DNA of 64,000 nucleotides from Marsupella aquatica (GCA_973895155.1 OZ316891.1:8061875-8125874), one strand, 5' to 3'; numbered from the stretch's first letter, positions 1 through 20,290 are shown. Notes: generated from the sequence alone by a model not told the origin. A program made the numbers and translations.

Positions 1-3000
1 GCCCCCTTTTGCCCTCTTCTTTTGAAGTTTGGTGTTTGTCCTGTCTAGGCCTCTTTTGCCTTTGCTCCATTGTAGGTTGTTTAGCCCTTGTCAGTAAATT
101 GGCCCTTTGTAATAAAATGTGTCTCCTAAAAGTAGGTAGCCACAATGGACCACTCTAGAATGCCTGCTTTTTTTGGTATTTACTAGATCGTCACTCTTCT
201 TTGTCTAAATGTATACTTTGTCGCTCTTTTCAATTTAATCTCTACTTTGTCATCTTTTTTATGTTGGTTATTCAAAGTAACTCTAGGTTAACTTGAAATA
301 ATCTGACTGTCGCCAGTAGATGGTCATGCATGTAGTCTACCCTAGCCACAGTGCCCCATCCAGCACTTGACATTGGGTTGGGTCTCTTACTTTGCTCTCA
401 CCCCAACCTGCTCTGCCACGTCCTGATTGCTGGTTGGCTGCCACACTCCCCCATCAAGGATGTTAAAATTAATTTGAAGAAGGTGACAATCATCCAGTGA
501 TGAAAACTGGCAGGATCTTGACCATTAGATCATTCCCAGCTAACTAACATTACTTTGCTTAAATAACCACTTGTGAAAAAGGTGACATTGTAGTAATCAA
601 ATTAAAGTGAGTGATAAGTATGCACTTTGAAGAAAAGAAGTTTTCCAGTTCGGGTTTGGGGGGGGGGAGGGAAGCCCAAAATCATCATTCCAATGTCAGC
701 AAGAGTGAGAGCTCACCAGTATGCAAGCCAGTTGGCAGCTTGCTTGAGAGCAGTTTCCTCTTTACAAAGGAAATAAAACTAAAGAGCAACAGCTCAAGCA
801 AAACCCCCGGCAAAAAATCTTACTTATATAGCGCCAAGGGGAAGCTAGAGTCAGGGTGTAGGCTTCTAGAGTGAAGCAAGCCTCTAGACCGTGACTCTAG
901 GGCCCCACCAAAGTATATGTGCATGTAAAGAAGATGTGCATAGACATGAAAGAAAAATTATTTCATTAATATATTTCAAGAATGGGAATAGGGATATTTT
1001 GTTAAGTTTTATTGTACTCTCCTTTACTCATTTTCAAATAACCGGGTAGTCAGGGCTAGTAACTGATAATTCGCAATCAAAAGCTACACTGAAAAGCTAC
1101 ACTCGGGAGCTTGTGGTCTAGTGTGAAGCCTCTAGAAAGTGACTGGGATGGAGACAACTTCTGGGGTAAAGAACCAGGTGGGGAAGGCAAGTGTGGTCCT
1201 AAGCAAAGTTTGGGCAGTCCCTAGTGTACAAAACAAGGCCAACAAGGCAGAATAACTCTGCCCTGAAATTCACATTGTCCATATTAATTAAAGCCCCTTG
1301 GTCACCCCTATGTGACACGGTCAGCCCCTAGATCAGTTATATTCCTGAAGTATATAGGCCCCACACAGTAGCGTAGTTGACTAGTTACAATAACAGTTGA
1401 CATTGCTGTTTGTTGGACCACTCTATCCTTTATGCCCACATTAATTGTCTTTGTTTTTCATTTTTGTTCTTTAAAGGTTTTTAATGAAAATATGACGCTG
1501 CGCCCAATGAAATTCCAAAGCCCAGCAGAGCAAAGATTTGTCTTTGGAATAAATGCTCGTGTTTGGGGGTGTTACTATAGAACTTTATTTTTTGCTTGCA
1601 TAGCTATTTGTTTTTGTATAAATTTGCAGGAATCCATACAACTTAGTCTTTCCTTCATCCAATCACACATTCAGCTAATCATGCCTGGGGTTAACTATCA
1701 CTTCTTGGCAGTGCTGGGTCATCATGTCCACTTTTTATTTGGACAGCTAATCTCAGAAATCAAACCATGAGATCAAACCAATATCACTCTGTTCGTAATA
1801 AGTAGCCTGACTATCCATTCTTTTGAGCATAAACATTAGCAAGCACCATAAAACCTTGCAAAAAAACAAAACTTAAGTATTCACACTCAATTGTTATTTT
1901 TTGCCATGCGCTGCACCCCCAAGATCAAGTGAAGCACATAGAGTTATGGTCTAGAGTGAAGCCTCTAGCCCTAGGTGAGGACCTAGGCCAAAAAAGTAGG
2001 ATGCCATACTCATCTTTCCGCGTGAAAAAATGCTTTGTCTATCTGAATCATCAGGTCAAACACTCTAGAACATTGTTTTTTACTCATGCAGCTATTTGTC
2101 TTTGTTTGAATCCTTATCTTTTGGGTGTCAACACTTGATGGATCTATCGAAGTCATGAAGACAATATCATATATTGAGCAAGCTCACAAACTGGCTTGGA
2201 AAACCCACCTCTTATATTTTGGGTATTTTTAGAATAAAGTAAAAATAAAACTTGAAAAATAATTCTGGCTTGCTTGGCCGGAGAACCCAGGTTTGATATT
2301 TCTGTAATTTTAGGATAATGTAAAAACAAAATCTTGAATTATAAATTTGGAGGCCCTGCAACTAGAGGGACCACCTAAAAATGTGTCTTGTAGAGGGTAG
2401 CCCAAATCTACCCTATATTCTGCACCATTTTTTAAGGGCTGATATCTTACAATGTCACAATTTTTCATCACTGGCATAGTAGAGTAACTCCGGTAGGTTT
2501 GGAATGATTGAGAGTCAACCTTTTGTTTTTTCTTCATCATATATGCCACAGTAGTTATTGTCTTCACATTAACCTCAACACCAACTCTCATCCTAGGCCG
2601 GAGACCCAATATAAGGGGGGACAAAACAAGGGGAAAACACATACGACCAAAGGGGCTAGAAAGCCTGCAAGCCCCCTCCCCTCTTGCAGCAAAGGAACTG
2701 TTAGATATTGCTCTAGTCTTGTGACTCATGAGCTAACCACAGTTAGTCTAACTTGGGTTAGGACTTAGCTAATGTTAGCGGTAGTGCTGGTGTGCATATA
2801 GCCAGGGCTGATGCCAGACCCTGGTGGAACTTAGGCTCATTGTTACGGAGCTAGTTGAGAGATAGGGAGAGCTTGTGCTGTGGATGCTTGGTATGGTCGG
2901 TCGGCCTAGAGTGCAGTAAAGCTCTTGTGTGTTCCCGTGGACGTAGCCTCATGTGGAGGTGAACCACGTATCTCTCTGTGTCGACTATTGTGCGTTGGAT

Positions 3001-5502
3001 GGTTCATAGGCTTGCCGTTGCGAATGTTGTCTATGCTCAACAGGAACCAGAGCACTATTGAATAGTAATTAAACCAAAAAGCCTTGCAAAGCTTTGGAGT
3101 AAAATGCATGTGAAGGTCACGAAGAGTATTTTTCCTAGAGGCCATAAACCCGGACGTAAACCATCAACCTCATCCCTCCAAAGAACAGTAATTCCTTACC
3201 CCTCTATGGTACAAAAGACACCTGCTCTATAGAGAAGGTAGTATGGACAGAAAACGGAGGATTGTATGGCCTCATCTATTTACACAAGAGTGCACATGCA
3301 AGAATCTATTAAAGATATGGTGCAAAGCCCCAAAGACCTCCGGACCAACGCAAGCGGGCAAAACTAATTCCCAGAATAGCAAGCAGCATATGTCTTGGCT
3401 ACAACATGTCCCGGTACATGGGCTGCAGCCGCAACATGGCTCTGGCCAATAGGATATGCAATGACCACATCCACCAGGGCACAGACTCATGCTCCAGAAA
3501 AGACAAACTGAGCCCACTGCCAATCCAAAACACCATCCCAATTGGAAGCACATGTCACAGCTCCATGGAGACATGATATCCTGAGTCCTAGACAATGGTC
3601 TCCACCACATCAAGTATGTCATCGTGTGTCACAGGTCTCTCACCCCGTGACCACACTTGAGAGAATATGAACTCCCTCCTGGTCGAAAGGCGCCCCACAA
3701 ACACAAGTGCATTGGCCCAAGAGGCAAGGATGGAGTAGACCAAGTTTGAAGGGGCATGAATGAAGATAAAGGAACTCATAGGGAAGGGACCCCACAATGC
3801 ATAGCCAATAGCCAGACTCCCTAACCAGCGCCTGTAAAAGATAAAGATGTGCCTGACTTATTCCTATGGTGTAGATGAGAGCATGTTGGAAAGGGTGTAA
3901 CGGGGCATGCGGCCATAAATCATCTTTTGAAGAGTTGTTCCTCCTCAAAAGCAGGAACAACTCTTTCCACAATCAAGAGCAACAATGTCGGGCTTGCCCA
4001 GGCTGGAGTTTGAAATGGGAGACTGGATCGTCAACCTCCATGAAGCGAGATGCAAAAGCAGGGGCCATACACACAAAAAAAGCACATCGAGAACGCAATG
4101 GGAGAACTTTGAGTCGCAAGTCATTATCTGTTGGCAAGTCACTTTCACTCTTGTGAAAGGTTCATAAATTTACTTTACAATCAGGGATGTTAATAGTTAT
4201 TTTGGTCCAACTTATGCTCACTTTAAGCTAATGAATGATAAACTGCTGCAATCACTCACTACTTAGGCTCTAGCAAAATATTTCTTTGATTCCTTGGATT
4301 TTTTGTGCAACTTCTGCTTCCTTTGCTTTTTCTCTCCATAACCCTCTCAGCCTCCATGTCCATAGTGTGTAGCTTCAATCTCCTAACCCACATATCTGCC
4401 TCTTATGGTTTTTGTGGCTGGGCAGCTAGCTCTTGATTTCTACAAGTCCTTCCTTCAGTCACAATCCTAGCAGGAGTTTGGTTTGCCAGCAGCTTCTCCC
4501 AAAAAGGCTTCTTATGTAACAAGCTGATAGGTGTCCTCTCAGTCTCCCAAATTTGGCCATAACATTTTGTTACAAAATGTCGCTTGTGTCTGCATCCTTC
4601 CGTTAGAACCGTGGACTCTCAATACCATGCTCGACATTTTAGAGTCAGTAACTGTGATAGGATTTCAAGATTCTGCCAACGAAGAATGAGCTCTCTGATC
4701 TTCCTGGTGGACATAGTGGGTGTTTAGCAAAATGTGAGCAATTGTGGAGATTTGGTTCAGTGGTAACTTGCCCAGCAGCAAGGAAAGCTGAAGTTTGAGC
4801 CTGTAGTTGCATTTGCAAATGAACATTTGGTAGTAAAAATCAAGATCAGTTGAAAGTTCTTAATTTCATCGGCCAGCAGGAAGAGTATGAAATACTTGTT
4901 TAGTGACAAAGTTTGGAGGATGAAATTCATTGCGTTTGTGTGGATTTGATTCACCACGAGTCCATATGATCTGATCGAGACTGTTTTTCTTAAATCCAGC
5001 ATGCGATACATTTAGCACAACGAGAGTCGTTGATTAGAGAGGTAAAGATATCCTCCCGGAGGAGAATAGCATTGTTAATGAAGTGCTAATGGCCATAACT
5101 GCCTAGCATGAATTTCATTGGCCATCACCATGAAGTGGTGCATGGGCTTGGCCTCGACCATGAGGCAGCTCCTCTTAACATTGGAACTGGTGCAACCACC
5201 CACCTTCTTACACGAATCGGATAAGCTGTTCTCGGCAAGAGTAAAGACAGATCGAACAATGGGGCTCCCAGAAGTTGCTAATTAATACCATCGTTCCTTA
5301 TGTACAGAAAGCTCATAAGCTTGCCCTCAGCTTTAGTACAAATTGGGCAAGCTTCAACGGGAGGGGAAGCATGACGCAACCGTGTATGTCACCCTATGAT
5401 AGAGTATCCCCTCATTCTGGGTGTGGTTGGTTAACTCTGGCCTCTCGTTGTCTTTTCCTGTGTTGGATTCCATCTATGCTAGGGTTTTCCAAAGCCCAGG
5501 AC

Positions 5503-11147
<5,645 letters not shown>

Positions 11148-11420
11148 CTCCAACAACAGCAGCAGCTGAAACTAAACGGTAAACAGAGTCGCAATCCCTG
11201 CCCTGCTTTGCTCTGCTCTGAAGGTGCGACTAAATGATAAACTGAATCGCAATCCCTGCTCTGCTTTGCTTTCCTCTATTCTACTCTGCTCCGCCCCACC
11301 CAGCTCTTCTTGGCCGAAAACAATACCTCAATCCCAGGAAAACACATTCCGCCATTTTGCTCGTGTGACCTTCGAGATCCACAGACCAGCGACTCGAAGC
11401 AAGCACCGTTTGGAGGAGGA

Positions 11421-11432
11421 TTTTGGCGGGAA
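11421..11432. promoter_or_regulatory. Overlapping E2F/DP sites upstream of MCM7
   Basis: TTTTGGCGGGAA about 275 bp upstream of the ATG. TTTGGCGG on + fits the WTTSSCSS consensus and TTCCCGCC lies on -. MCM genes are established E2F targets. Confidence 0.7.
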
Positions 11433-14084
11433 CTCGGGCATCTCATATTTTATGTATCCGGTCAGAAAATTTCTCTGGATATTGAATAACCAGCTAGTAA
11501 GATAACACTAGCAACAATGGTGGCCTTTTAGCTGACGTGAGGAAAAGTAGTTCTGCTATTTTTTTTGCATCTAAAGAACCAATTGAATTCCATTCGAAAA
11601 TTCATACGAAAGGGGGGACCCAAAACTTCTGCTATTCTTGACATTAATGCAAGCTAGAACGAGTATTGTAAGGAGCCTAATTCTTAAGGTATAATGCAAT
11701 AAGAAAGGTTATTTTGAATAGATCATGAACTACAGTAACTAGATCCACACAAGTACAACAGACTTGGCTATAGCCAATGCGTGGATCAATATTCGTTGCA
11801 TTCGTGATAAGCAAGGCATTTGGATCTATTCAACCCTATGACTCTTTGGTTATCAACAAAATTAAGTGTAGCTTGCACTTGGCTGTGAGTCACTGAAGGG
11901 AATCCATATGTTGATAGACTAAAATGGTAGAGTGATAGAGAAAGGGGAACTCAAACAAAGCCTAATTATTAATGATGCATTATAGTTCTGCAAATCTAAG
12001 CAAATTTGATTGGATCAAGAACAACTAACAAGCAAAGACTTGATGGGGCCTGAAAAACAAACCCCCTACAAGGCCCACACTTTTGAAATGGACTTACTGG
12101 GCCCCCTCCCTGCCCCCTATAAGTCACCAACAACTCCCTCGCTGCAGTTCCCAAATTGCATCACGGTCCTGGTTCTCTCAAGGAAACCATCTGGACCGCT
12201 CCTTCTCTATCCCCGACTATCCTCTCTCCCCACCTCACTCACGGCCCTCCATATATAGCATGCTCATCCTAGAACATGCTTGAGTTTTTGTCTTGTAGTG
12301 ATTTGAAAGTAAATAAAATATGAAAACATAACTAGAAGGATTGGTGCATAGTGACCAATGAAAAGTACAATCAAGGATGCTACAATGTGTGCACTTAATT
12401 CAATGTCTGCATGAATGACACTCATTTCAATAAAAACCATAAACTTAGGAAAGAAAGACATGAAGGGAACTTAAGACATAATCAGAATAATTTCTCTCAT
12501 TCATGAGAATGTTCAAGTGGTGGAGCCTTTCATTTCATATCTAATGAATCATAAACATTAAAATTTATAAGGGGGCTGCCAAAATAAGTTCAAAATACTT
12601 TAGATACTAACCCCGATACTAAAAATTAGAGGGGTCCATAAATTAATTAAAAATGTATATAATACACAGGTTAAAAATGTATATAATACACAGGCTGCCC
12701 CTTGATAAGGCACATTGAAATAAAAATATATGACATGAAAACTCTGAATAAGATAAAATCTGAAAGGTGGATTCACCATATAGCAGTTATAGCAGTTTCA
12801 AAAATAGGCCTGGTCAAGTTTGAAGGACGCCTTGAGTATTCAGAAGGGGGCACCTTGAGTATCTAAAACGGCATTGTGTTACAAAGGGTGCCCGGACTTA
12901 CAAGGGGTGTCACAAGTTGGAAGGGGATTGCTGCAGAGGGTCTTTGTTCTCCTTTCCATTTCAAGGTGCTACTAATATTGACTTCAGGGTCCTGCAACAT
13001 AGAGTTGTGACGTTGTAGCATCCTTGTGCTCAGCTGGTCAATTCTTTTCCCCAAAATACATTTCTTTGTGCAGCGCATAGCCCCAAAAAGACATGCCCTG
13101 CATCCTCACGGTGTAGCACTTCCACAACAAAATTGTGCTGCCATAGCTACTAAAACTCAATTTTTTCAAAGTCTTTTGCAGTTTAGTGAGCTGGGGGATT
13201 TTGGCAAAAGTGGCACCTGGCCTGGCGACCTGCAACTAGGATGAGAAAAAAAACCATACTTGCAAGCCTTGCAAGGATGAATTCATTTGTTGCAATGCAT
13301 ATTTGAATAGTGGGTGAGTTTCATGTGGAGTTTGCAATGTCGGATGGGGAGCGGGAAAAATTGCCAATACTTGACAACCCACAGGGACGGTATCACTGCT
13401 GGAAACAAATTTCCAATGACATTCCAAGCCGCAATGGGAAATCACACGAAGGAGGTAAGGATGACAAATTCATACTTACTTATTGTGTGACCTTAGTACA
13501 AATTCCCCAGTAAAACATAATCCACTTATCACCACTAATTATTTTTATTTCAATTTGCAGTGGATACATAAGCATCACACATTAGACTTGGGGATATGTT
13601 TAACAGTTTTGATGATTTCAAAACTTCCTTGCCTTGATTCTTGGTCTGTTTTGCATGGGAGAATTACTTCTATCTGGTTAAAAACAAAGCCACTGTTCAA
13701 CAATTTGGAAAAAGGTGTAAACAAACTATCATAGAGGAGCCAACTCAAACTCCAGAAGTGTTTTGAACATGATAGTGGCGATTACTGGAACCTGAATGGT
13801 GATTCCACTACAATATCCTAAATAACAATCTAGAACTTGGCAAAGAAATTGTTGTTCCACTCGACATAGTTGCACACTATACCCATTCCTTGTAGACACT
13901 GTCAACCCTGTACGAAGGGGAACCACCACAGAATTCTAGACATGTCCTTGGTGCTCTTAAGACTAATGCCTTAGACAAACAAAGCCAAGGCACTACACAT
14001 TTTCTAGCCAAATGGACAACATTGGATCTAGTATCATGTCCACACTTTTATTTATTTAATAGCCCCATGTCTGTGCATTGCATG

Positions 14085-14735
14085 AAAGATTTTGAGGTGA
14101 GCACAAGATTTTGTGGTTCACAGGACAAGATTTCAAGGTGAGGGCAAGATTTTGAGATGATGGCAAGATGTTAAAGTGAGGGAAAGATATGTAAAGGAGG
14201 GAAAAGATGCCAAGGAGAGAAAAATGTTGAAGTGAGATAAAGATGTCAAAGTGAGGAAAAGATGTCAAGGAGAGAAAATATGTCAAGGAGAACACAATTT
14301 TCAAAGTGAACTAAAGAAAACAATGTCAAGATGAGAAAAATATGTTGAGGAGAGAAAAAGATATGCAAGAGAGGAAAATATGTCAAGGCAACGCAAGAAA
14401 ATATAAGTTTCATGAGATAATTGTTAAGACATGAACATTATGTATCATCCCAACCATACAATCATTGTGGTCGTGTTCAACAACTGTGCTTTGCATAGAT
14501 GGTATAATTGCGTAAAAGTTGTTGAAGTGGAAAAGACGTGGTTGCATAGAAGATGTTGAGGTGAGAAAGATTTTGAGGTGAGGCAAAAATGTCGGGTGAA
14601 ACAAAAATGTCAAGGCAAGGCCAAAATTTTGACACGAGTTTACATGTTGAGGTGATGGAAAGATGTTGGGGGGAAGCAACAATGTGAAGGCAAGGCAACA
14701 ATGTACATAAGAAAGACAAAAAATGTAAGTCAGGC
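14085..14735. repeat. Degenerate ~19-21 bp minisatellite in two blocks (about 14085-14400 and 14545-14735)
   Basis: Many diverged copies of a unit resembling AAGATGTCAAGGTGAGGGA. Confidence 0.7.
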
Positions 14736-15215
14736 AAAGAAGCATGATCATTTTGGTTATAGCTATTGTTGTAAAAATCTTATTATTGGGGAGAGTGAAG
14801 GTTATGACACATGAACCCGAGATGGGTGACTAAGGTGCTAAGAGGAGAATATTTTATTCTGTTTGTAAATTTTCAATGCATACAAATATTCAGATTCTTA
14901 AAAAATATTCAAAGTTTTCCAAAATCTACAAATTACAAATTATAATTTTTCATTTAATTAATTAATTTGTATTTTTGGTTTGGGATAGCTTGGGAAGAAA
15001 TTTAAGCAAAAGGATTTTTTTGGGTAGATTTATTGGTGCCAAAATGAAATGATTTCGTATGAAGTGCCAAGATTGGCTTCAACTTTTTTATGATTATGTA
15101 AATAAACAAGCCAAACAGTGCAAGGTCAAGGCCTATAGAGTTTGATACTTACAACTGCTGGTCTCAATTGGGAAAATTCATTTTTACTTGTTTCCACGCT
15201 CTACATGGCTAACAC

Positions 15216-15600
15216 TAGATAGTTAGTATTGGATAGTTAGGACAACAACATTTGTTTTTGTTTCCAAGACTTTGGTATTTGCCATGTAAAATGGCTAAGA
15301 GAATGATTTCATGGTTAGGGTGTGTGCCCCTCTAGATAGTTAGTATATTTTTGTTTCCAAGACTTTGGTATTAGCCATTTAAAATGGCCTAGTGAGTGAC
15401 TCCATGGTTAGGGTGCGTCAGGGACATGGTGACAAGGTAGATCCTCACCTGGAGCAAGGCAAGTAGAGGGTGCATGCAAGGCACAGTGGCAAGGTATTTC
15501 CGTGGCAGGGGCATAGTGGCAAGGCAAATCCTCCCGTGGACCAAGGTGAGTACATGGCATCACAGGGGCACAGTGGCAAGGCAATAACTTGCCTGGACTC
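15216..15600. repeat. Local tandem duplication plus short degenerate repeats
   Basis: ctagatagttagtat...tttttgtttccaagactttggtatt...catggttagggtg occurs twice (from about 15216 and 15332), followed by several ggggcacagtggcaaggc-like units. Confidence 0.6.
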
Positions 15601-15744
15601 ATTACTAACGCGATAGGGGAGCAATAGGGCATTGTGAGCAAGGACTACCATGGAGGAGGGAGGGAGGCATGGTGCTCATTGCCTATTTATTTTTCTAATT
15701 AAATGTCAGGAAAAAATGGTTGCATGATCTCCCCTTTGAATTGG

Positions 15745-18535
15745 TTTTTTTATAAATTGTTTTCACCCGCGAAAAACCCCACGGGCAGGGCGAACAAGCC
15801 ACATGGCAAACAGACCCCACATCGGGCCCAAACACCACCCAACCAGAGCAAAAGGCCCCTTTTGACAAAGCAACAAGACCACCAGAGAGAGAGACACCCC
15901 TCTGGCAGCAGCCACAAGAAACACATCAACCGGAACAGAGCCGAGTCCCCGACCTCCTATCAGGCCCCCCACTTCCCATCCTGTCTCATGGAGTCCGCGT
16001 CAGCCCCCAGAGAATAAACAGGCCCTACCACTACTGAGCCAAAGCCTACGAAGGCTGTCAATCAAGTCCTTAGCCCGTCGTAAACGAGAGCTTTTCCTAC
16101 CTGGGGGTGAGCCTCTGCTTACAGCATTCAGGCACTCCGCTGTCTCAGGCAGCACCAGGCCAAGATCAAAATAACGTCTGCCCCCAAACTGGAACACATG
16201 GGCATTTCTGCCCAGCCAAAGCAACCACAAAAACTGGTGCAAAACAAAAATCCTGGCAATCTGGATCGGGCCTCTCCCAAAAGCAGAGTCCAGCAGATCG
16301 AGTCATCAGCCCTTGACCTACTGGCAGTCCCAGCTCACGTAAGAAGAGGTGGCTAAGTCCCCAACAGCTAGCCGCATGAACACATCCGAAGAAAACATGG
16401 GGAATGGTCTCCAACACACCGCTGCAAAGTTTGCACTCTCCATTGCTCACCGCGATTTTGCGTGATCTAGCCCCCGTGAAGAGTCCCCCAACGATGGTAC
16501 GCCAGATGAAAGTCTTTCCCCTGGTCGGCAAGTCCGAGCGCCAGAGCTTAGCCCAGCCTGTGTTCCATTCTACTTTCGTCCTAGAAATGGACCAAATCCG
16601 ATTCAAGCGTCCATGGTTTGACCTTTTAGGCCTCAAGAATTCATAGACGTGACAGTTCTCAATCCTAAAGTCTTTCAATCGCTCCGTCTTGTCCGACCAA
16701 ACCCACTATTTGGCATAGAGGAAGTAGTCCGCCCTGCATTCATTGGTGTTCCAGAGGCATTCCAGGAAGGACCGAGCTAAATCTTTGTGCTCTTCAGAGA
16801 ACCCACACAAGTTGTGCCATCGCAGTGGGATGTCTTTCCATCCTCCATCCTCAGGAGACCATCCATCTCCTATAGAGCGCATACCCAATCTTCCACAGAT
16901 GGCCGCAATCCCTGCAACGGCTTCATTTGAGAGGGAGTGAAATCCTGCCATGCAGCACAAGGTGTCGTAGATACTCCATCTCGCCGGTATCCCAGTCATG
17001 CCAGGCTCAAAAGAAAGGTGTGCTCTGACCATCTCCTAGCTCCTCCACAGTCCACTCGTGTATGGTAGACCTGCAAATGATCTCGATGTGCACAACAATA
17101 GTTGATCTTGAAAGGAGTAACGGTTCCTTCTGATTACCTTGTAGTTCCTCAATCCCATCAATGCCAGATTTGCAACTAACATTTTAGACCACTCTAGGTT
17201 TGGGGCGTTAAGGGCTTTTGTAAACCATTGGGAGGGCAGAGCGTCAGAGTGGCTTCTGAAGTCTTTAAATCCCAGACCTCCCTCCATCCGCGGTTGAGCC
17301 ATCTTGTCCCAGGCTACCAAGGGGATCTTCCTACCCCCAGTGGCGTTGTATCCCCATAAGAAATCTCTACTAATTATAAGAGCAATCAGTTTCTTTGCCA
17401 ATCCTACCGAAGCTTTATAGTACATCACATGATAGATCGAAATTGCTTGCAGAATATGCTTAACTAGGAGGGTTCTTCCTGTGAAGAACAGTAACTTGTT
17501 TACCCAGGCAGATAGTCGATTACTTATCTTGTCCAAGCAGAACTTATGGAGCTGCTTTGTGTGCAGCCCCACTCCTAAGGGTGCTCCAAGGTACTTTTGT
17601 ATCTCCCCCTTCTGGCTAATAATACATCCAGTATTAGTGAGCCAGTGTGGAATTTCCTCCATGGCCAGGGGAATCACTACTAACTTTTCTAGATTCAATT
17701 TGGCACCACTAGCCTTCTCGTAGCAATCCAGTGCCATTCTTGTATCCTCAAAGTCCTTCTCTGTTGCCGGGATGAACATTCCTATGTCATCTACAAAGAG
17801 CCTGTAGCAGATCATGAGATCCCCTGTAATTTGTAGTCCTCTTAGCTTTCCTTCCACTATCTCAGCATCCAAAAAATCCATGAGAGGTTGTGTGGAAATC
17901 ACAAATAAGAGAGGTGATAGTGGGCAGCCCTGCCTCACTCCTCGTTCCAAGTGCACTTGTTTTGAAAGGTATCCATTTACCAAAACTCTAGAGGTTGCTT
18001 GAGCTAGCAGCGCTTTAACCAACATTATAAAGCGCCCACTGATCCCAAGCAGGTGCATACATTCCGATATATACTCATGGCATACCCTGTCAAATGCCTT
18101 TTCAAAATCAAGCTTAAGGAACAATGCTTGGCGCTTCTTCTGTTGCACCCAATCGCATGTTAGCATTGCTAGCAAAACATTCTCAAGGATGTGTCGCCTA
18201 GGGATGAATCCCGTCTGTTGAGGGCTGATTATCTTGTGGAGGAGAGGTTTTAGATGCAACGCCAGGATCTTGACAATGATCTTGTACACTGTATTTAACA
18301 TTGTCAGTGGTCTCCAATCTTTTAAGTACCATTTATATATCTGGTTTCTTCGGTATGGATTTGATGATACCCTCACAGATCCCACCGTCAAGTGCCCCTG
18401 AAAGCCAGAATTCCTGGACCATGCCTACTAGATCTTCGCCTATGAATCCCCAACACGCTTTGTACACCTCCACTATCAATCTGTCTGGTCCAGGGGTTTT
18501 GTCTCGGGGCACCAGCCACAATACATCTTTTAATA
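15745..18535 (-). mobile_element. 5'-truncated L1/Tx1-clade LINE (RT and zf-RVT remnant)
   Basis: ORF pieces 18521-18333 (DKTPGPD), 18391-17036 (KDWRPLTMLN, KLDFEKAFDRV, QGCPLSPLLF, FVDD), 17032-16706 and 16678-16166 (CKLC...ETIPHVFFGC). Short A tail near 15745-15751. Frameshifts and stops are present and no TSD was found. Confidence 0.9.
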
Positions 18536-18691
18536 AAAAGAGTGTTTCTTCCTTTAAATTGTTGTTTTGCTTGGATAGTAGGTGTTATATCATATTTTGA
18601 CAATTTTGTAATGTAATGTCTTTTTGTAAATTTAGGATACGCCAAAGAAGAGATACCGATATCTTTTTCTTTAACATTGAGAGTCTGAACA

Positions 18692-20290
18692 ATGTTTTTT
18701 GATGAAGATGAGTTGCGTCAATGTGGATATCATTCCATCACTCCTAAGCCTGGTCCAAATTGTGTGCAAGAACACCCTTCTAAGCAATCTCTAGTGTGGA
18801 AATATTTTGAACGATGTGATACACCTTCAACATGTCATGATGTACGTCAATCGTACCTATCAAAGATGCAAGTATTGTTTAACATCTGTTACTCATCATC
18901 TAACACGAGCAAAGACACATTTGATGGAAAACATTCTAAAAGGGGTTGCGCTCCCTTGCCTATGGCTCTATGGTGTCATCGACTTGGATGTCATCAACAT
19001 AATGTACAAGGTGATAAAAATTTCATCGACCTTAAAATACAAATAAAGGGATGAAACCCATATCTTGCGGGATGTGAGAGGGTGCAAGTCAAGCATTGGA
19101 ACTTCCTATTTGCAAGCATCCACAAGAGGGCCAAACTATGTTGAAATGAAGGATGATACAAATATGAGGGAAAAAGATAGGTCAAGAAATCTTTCAAACC
19201 CGATTATGGATGTCTATCAAATTCCAAATATAACACATTTGGATAAGCTTTGGATAAATTTGGGTACGTCGTTCAATGTTTTCAATAATTATTTTTTAGA
19301 AGAAATCATGAAGACTTCAAAAGGAATTATGAATGATTATTCCCTTCGGACTACTATGCAAAATTTGCGACTGAAACTATTGGAATACAATAAGGGCGAT
19401 CTCATAGAGGACATGACTAAAACTATGAAGGAGACAATTTAACCTTATGGATGTTCTCTTTCTTCAGATGGATGGAAAAACATCCAAAGAGAACCTTTGA
19501 TGAATGTCATGTTGTTGACTTCTAACGATGACTTCTTCTTAGATAGTTGGAATATTGCGCAAATGGATAAGAAAGATAGAAAATATCTTAGCAAGATGTT
19601 GTCAAAATATATGGAGGATATTGGTGCAAATCGCATTATTCAAATTATAATTGATAGAGTACCCGCAAATCGCATAACAAGTTGTGAGATAGTCATGAAA
19701 AAATATTAACATGTCACTTGGAGTTGTTGTGCTGCCAATGTGTTTAATGTATTGCTAAAAGACATGTGTGGTCATAAGCGTGTAGTGGTAGATGATAGTG
19801 GAGAGAATCCATTTCAAAAGATTTTTAAATGCTTGGGGTGGATAGTAAAAGCAGTTTCGTCGTCACAAAATCTTTTCGGCAATATTTGCAAGGAAATATA
19901 CTTACAAAAAACTGTTGAACCTAAATGAAATGAGATTTGCGACCAATTTTTTTATGGCACAAAGAGCATTGGAGCTAAGAGGATCTCTTCAACAGATGAC
20001 CATTGATGATAAATGAAAGTCTTATCGTGATAGACTTCCAGTGCAATCAAAATCAGCTCGGCACATGACGAGGGGAAAGGCAGAGGAACTTAAAGTGTGG
20101 ATACAACAAGATACATTTTGGGCTGAAATGAAGGATATATTGAAATTCTTTACTCCGTTGGTGAGGATGTTGCATGAATTAATGATGATTCACCGCAATC
20201 AGGTTGGTTGTATTGGAGTTTGAAAAGAGGGATTACTCTTCTGAAGGCAAGCATGGAGAAATGTTCATTGGTAATAGAGTTCTTGAAACC
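18692..20290 (+). pseudogene. Decayed hAT-superfamily transposase (BED zinc finger and DUF659-like region)
   Basis: Fragments SLVWKYFE, RCKYC...KTHL (BED finger), GCSLSSDGWKNIQREPLMNVM, DIGANRIIQIIID, WSCCAANVFNVLLKDM and RFATNF, broken by many stops and frameshifts. Confidence 0.8.

Noticed and set aside
3243-4167. A host gene or identifiable transposase in overlapping short ORFs
   Set aside because: No recognisable motif and stops in all frames. Probably a decayed repeat that I cannot assign.
12000-13950. Short ORFs upstream of MCM7
   Set aside because: No motifs or consistent exon structure.
18525-18560. TSD for the truncated LINE
   Set aside because: No match to the sequence flanking its 3' tail near 15730-15745.
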